This document shows positions 60,523 through 64,000 of a stretch of DNA of 64,000 bases, piece by piece. Positions within the stretch are counted from its first letter, which is position 1; each line of letters starts with the position of its first letter. The position numbers and the translations under genes are program-made. This DNA comes from Bryobacterales bacterium (GTDB taxonomy: Bacteria > Acidobacteriota > Terriglobia > Bryobacterales > UBA6623). The notes under the pieces were generated by a model that ran no database searches, was not told where the DNA came from, and worked only from the letters and a program-made list of their open reading frames with translations. Location: assembly GCA_963422375.2 (NCBI GenBank), contig OY729428.2, positions 2,912,001-2,976,000 of the forward strand. The letters are read 5' to 3'.

Positions 60523-61947
60523 ATGGATCGGCGCGAGATGTTGCATTCCTGCTTGGCCGTCGGCGGCTGTGGAGTCCTTGGGAACATTGCGGCGCCCGGT
60601 GCGGAACCTAGCGGCGGGCTGGACCGTTTCGGGGGCTGGGCCGACAGGAAGTTTGAGTCTACCGGCTTCTTTCGCGTCGAAAAGGCCGACCGGTGGTGGC
60701 TAGTGACCCCGGATGGTCACGCCTTCCTGAGCCTCGGCATCAACCACCTCCATCCCGACCTTTGGAACCAGGACTACAACCGGGCCGCATGGAAGGCGCG
60801 GCTGGGCTTGGAGAATCTGTCCGGGCCCGGCTTTCGAACGGCGTTGAGAGGGTGGTTTCTCCAGACCTGCCGCGAGTACGGCTTTAACACGGTCGGCGTC
60901 CACACCTCGCTGGCGGTCGCGAACAGCCCGCGTCCGTCCATGCCGTACATGCAACCGATTCGATTCGTGGACATCCCTCACTGGCAGACCGAGATTCCCG
61001 ACGAAAACTTCGTGGATGTCTTCACCGACGAGTTCGCTGGCCACTGCGACAGCCTGGCGCGCGACATAGCCGCTCCGTTGCGAGACGATCCGCTTCTGCT
61101 CGGCTACGCCATGACCGACTGTCCGTTGCTCACGGAGGAGGATTGCCGCGAGCGCCCAGATGTGATCGGCGGAGCCCGGCGCGAGGCCCGAATCGGGTGG
61201 CCGCGGCGCCTGCGGAACCTCGGCCAGGGCAGTCCCGGCAAGATCGCCTACGTCGACACGATGAAGTTCTTGTATCGAGACGACATCGGCCAGTTCAACG
61301 CGACCTACGGCACGCGCTTCGCGTCGTTCGGCGAACTCGCCGCCGCCGAGCACTGGCGCCCGCGAACCGATCTGTCCAACGGCGACGAGACCCGCGACAA
61401 CGTCGAGTTCCTCCAGCGTGCGGTGGCCCGGTACTACCGGACGGCCCGCGATGCAATCCGCCGACACGATCCGAACCACCTCTTCTTCGGCGACAAGATC
61501 AATGCGAATACCGACTCTTTAGACACCGTGCTGCCGGTGACCAGCCGGTTCACTGACGTCGTCTTCTATCAGATGTACGCCCGGTACGAAGTGCAGAAGC
61601 CCGGTCTCGACCGCTGGTCGGACATCGTTGACCAACCTCTGGTCAACGGCGATTCCGCCTTCACCATGATCACGGAGCACATGCCGCGGCCGTACGGACC
61701 GGTGGCCGACAGCCTCGAGCAGCGCGCCGACTGGACCGAGGACTTCTTCCGGAGCGCTTTCGCTCGCGCGAGCTTCGTCGGCTGGCACTATTGCGGCTTG
61801 ATCGACGCGCCGAACCAGATCCCGCGCAAGCAGGCGCGCCAGCACTCCGGCCTGCTGGACGGACGCGGGAACCCGTATCCCTTGCTCAAGCGGGTCTTTG
61901 AGAGTTGCTCCGCCGACCTGTACCGGATCGCCTCGCAGAGCGGGTAG
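60523..61947 (+). CDS. Tat-exported glycoside hydrolase, beta-agarase/GH50-like
   Basis: MDRREML signal, DRFGGW, TGFFRVEK..RWWLVTPDG..F.S.G, GFNTVG, DDPLLLGY, AIRRHDPNHLFFG, VGWHY. Confidence 0.7.
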   Translation: MDRREMLHSCLAVGGCGVLGNIAAPGAEPSGGLDRFGGWADRKFESTGFFRVEKADRWWLVTPDGHAFLSLGINHLHPDLWNQDYNRAAWKARLGLENLSGPGFRTALRGWFLQTCREYGFNTVGVHTSLAVANSPRPSMPYMQPIRFVDIPHWQTEIPDENFVDVFTDEFAGHCDSLARDIAAPLRDDPLLLGYAMTDCPLLTEEDCRERPDVIGGARREARIGWPRRLRNLGQGSPGKIAYVDTMKFLYRDDIGQFNATYGTRFASFGELAAAEHWRPRTDLSNGDETRDNVEFLQRAVARYYRTARDAIRRHDPNHLFFGDKINANTDSLDTVLPVTSRFTDVVFYQMYARYEVQKPGLDRWSDIVDQPLVNGDSAFTMITEHMPRPYGPVADSLEQRADWTEDFFRSAFARASFVGWHYCGLIDAPNQIPRKQARQHSGLLDGRGNPYPLLKRVFESCSADLYRIASQSG

Positions 61948-62543
61948 GTCGGTCGCCGAGGCAGCGCGAGCGCCTAGCAGACCCGAGCGGGAGGCTTCCC
62001 CTCGGTCATCGGTGCCGCCCGCCGGATTCGGCCGGGCACCATGACGCGCGGCCAGTTCCCCGGCGGGGTCAGCCCAGAGCATGGAGCGACAGGGTCCGCT
62101 CCCTCCGCGCTACCCGATCGTTCGGTGCGGCCACGGCCTGCGGCTGGCGGATTCCCGGTACGCTCCCGCGTGCAAGCGCCGGTGCAGGTTGGATAGCCGC
62201 CCGTCCAGCCCTAGCCCGGACTCTTCCCTCGCCACTCCGACCGCGCCCGGGGGCGTCGAACTCCAGCCCGAGATACGCTGCCCCCAAGGCCTCCGGCGTG
62301 ACGTGGCGGGGGAGCGCCGTCAGTCGCTCAGGCGGCCCCGCCGGCGGTCCGCCTGCCGAGCGGTCGCGCGAGAGACCGGAGCCTCGGCAAGCCCTGATCG
62401 CTGCTCGGCGACACGTCCGCGCCCTCCTGACATAGTCAGGAAGACTGCCCTCCCGGAAGCAAGGCACGCGGGCACCCAGGCGGGAGAAGGACTCGCAACT
62501 ACGGCATCGCACCCTCCATAGGGCTTGTAGTCGGCAGGCAGGA

Positions 62544-63005
62544 ATGAGACAGCGGGTCGCGGTCGCGCTACTGACTACCCTGCCCCTGGCGGCCGCGGGC
62601 GAGTTCGTCCGCAGCGCCGCCTCGGGGAGCGAATGCCGACGGATTCATGCCGGGCACGTCGCTGCGGATTTCAAGAGAGATCCGGTCTTCGGAAAGGGAA
62701 CTATCTATCTGAATGCCGACAATGCAATATCCGGCTAGAAGTGATTCGATCGGAGAGGGCGGGGTCTAGCTCGGGACATTCGGGTGCGGCCGCGGTATGC
62801 ACAGAAAGGTGGGCTCGTACCAGAATCGCACCCGCTGGCGAATTCCACGATAAATGGACTGGAGAGGCCCGCGCCCGCCGAGAGTCCTTACGCCAAGCGC
62901 ACGGCCTTCTCCGAGGGTCCGCACCGTCCAATCTACATCGTGCGGATTCCTGCTACACGTGCCCGCATCGAGGGTAGGACTCTGAAATCACCCTTGACGC
63001 CCTGA
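62544..63005 (+). pseudogene. Remnant of a secreted protein gene with two in-frame stops
   Basis: RBS GCAGGA and signal peptide MRQRVAVALLTTLPLAAA. TAG 62736 and TGA 62742 (plausibly ex-TGG), with the same frame continuing to 63005. Confidence 0.45.
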
Positions 63006-63292
63006 GCAACGTCACAAGCAGCTTCCGGGACCGGCGGAATGCCGCCCGTCTCATTTGTCCTCTCGCGGTTCCAAGGCGGGCTCATTCGCCTGGGGCTCTC
63101 ATCCTAGCCGTCAAATGGTCACGCCCGGGCCGAGAGCCCGTTCCAGGGCTGTTGGAGGGGGCGAGCGCCTCGACGGAGGCGAATCCGCTCATTCCGCTCC
63201 CAGCCGTGGCCGCTTGCGCATGCCGTGCTTCTCGCAGTCTGTCGGAGCCGTCTCATATTGCGACGTCGCCAGTGAGACGACCACGAGATGTC

Positions 63293-64000
63293 GGGGGCTC
63301 GACACGGGTCGCTCCGGGGAATTCCGGATCCGGAGTGCCCTTCGAACCTAGCGTGAAGAGAGCCCGCAGCCGACAGGCAAGGCCGCGCGCCATGCGCCGC
63401 GTCCGTACCGCCGTGCCGCAGTTGCGGGCGTTGCGCCGTCCCGCGAACTCCGTGAGGTAGCGGCCCGAATGGCGGACGCTCATCCGGTGATAGGTTCCGT
63501 AGGGGCCGCGCTTGAACAGGGACCGGAACGACTCGATGCCGTTCGTATGCGGTTCCCCGCGCACGTAATCGCCGCCGGAGTGCTTGACGGCTTCGTGCAG
63601 GTACTCTTCCACGCCGGCGTAGGCCGCCGCCTCATCGGAGCGGAGCTTGTGGGCCCGGCACGGGCCATCTTGCTCTCGTGCTTGTTGCGCTCCTTGCCGT
63701 CGACGTAGGTCTCGTCCACTTCCACCGGGTCGGCGAACGGGTCCTCGTAACGCTCCCAGCGCGAGCGGACGTGGTGCGCCAGGTGCCAAGGCGACTTCCG
63801 GCTGATGCCCAAGGCGCGGTGCAGCTTCATGGTGGAAGCGCCCTCAAGGCCGGTGGTCAGCAGCGACATGGCGATGGCCCGGATGCGGTAGCCGAGCTCG
63901 GTGTCGGCCATCACGCAGCCGATGTGCACCGAATGGCGCCTGCCGCAGACGCGCCAACGGTACGGCATCGAAGGATGGGCCGTGCCGGACTGCACACCGG
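63293..64000 (-). mobile_element. IS1595-family (ISNwi1-like) transposase pseudogene, third copy, running off the window end
   Basis: VQSGTAHPSMPYR, STMKLHRALGI, VEVDETY, the same internal deletion as the 32.9-kb copy, HTNGIESF, and a conserved downstream motif at 63293-63362. Confidence 0.88.

Noticed and set aside
1..64000. CRISPR array, tRNA, rRNA or recognisable riboswitch
   Set aside because: No regularly spaced direct repeats or canonical RNA-gene motifs were seen by eye. A covariance-model scan could still find something I missed.

Overview
GC-rich bacterial chromosomal window, most consistent with an Acidobacteriota (Bryobacterales/Solibacter-like) genome. Support for that: an Oar-type TonB-dependent receptor, an S8 protease with a Solibacter-type C-terminal domain, DUF1501/PSD1 genes, and a quinoprotein paired with a cytochrome c. 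About 40 ordinary or accessory CDSs are present, including an NtrY/NtrX-like pair, MATE, a Kelch-sodium:solute symporter fusion, ubiX, pilD, lpxD, phoD, feoAB, prmC and rpsU. Decayed mobile elements interrupt them: (1) an IS1595-group element with 28-bp IRs and an 8-bp TSD, inserted at the 3' end of a tnpB remnant; (2) three related ISNwi1-like IS1595 copies sharing a conserved non-coding 3' region, two of which share an internal deletion; (3) a ~260-bp MITE with tandem NrdR-like boxes, inserted inside an IS terminal repeat; (4) an IS66 element with 18-bp IRs and an 8-bp TSD. Two low-GC islets carry defence-like genes: an HsdR-N-type nuclease pseudogene and an intact AlbA_2/Schlafen-ATPase-like-TPR-like protein. 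A recurrent CCAG>CTAG mutation pattern is visible. I recognised no rRNA, tRNA or CRISPR array. All product calls come from motif recognition by eye, not from database searches.
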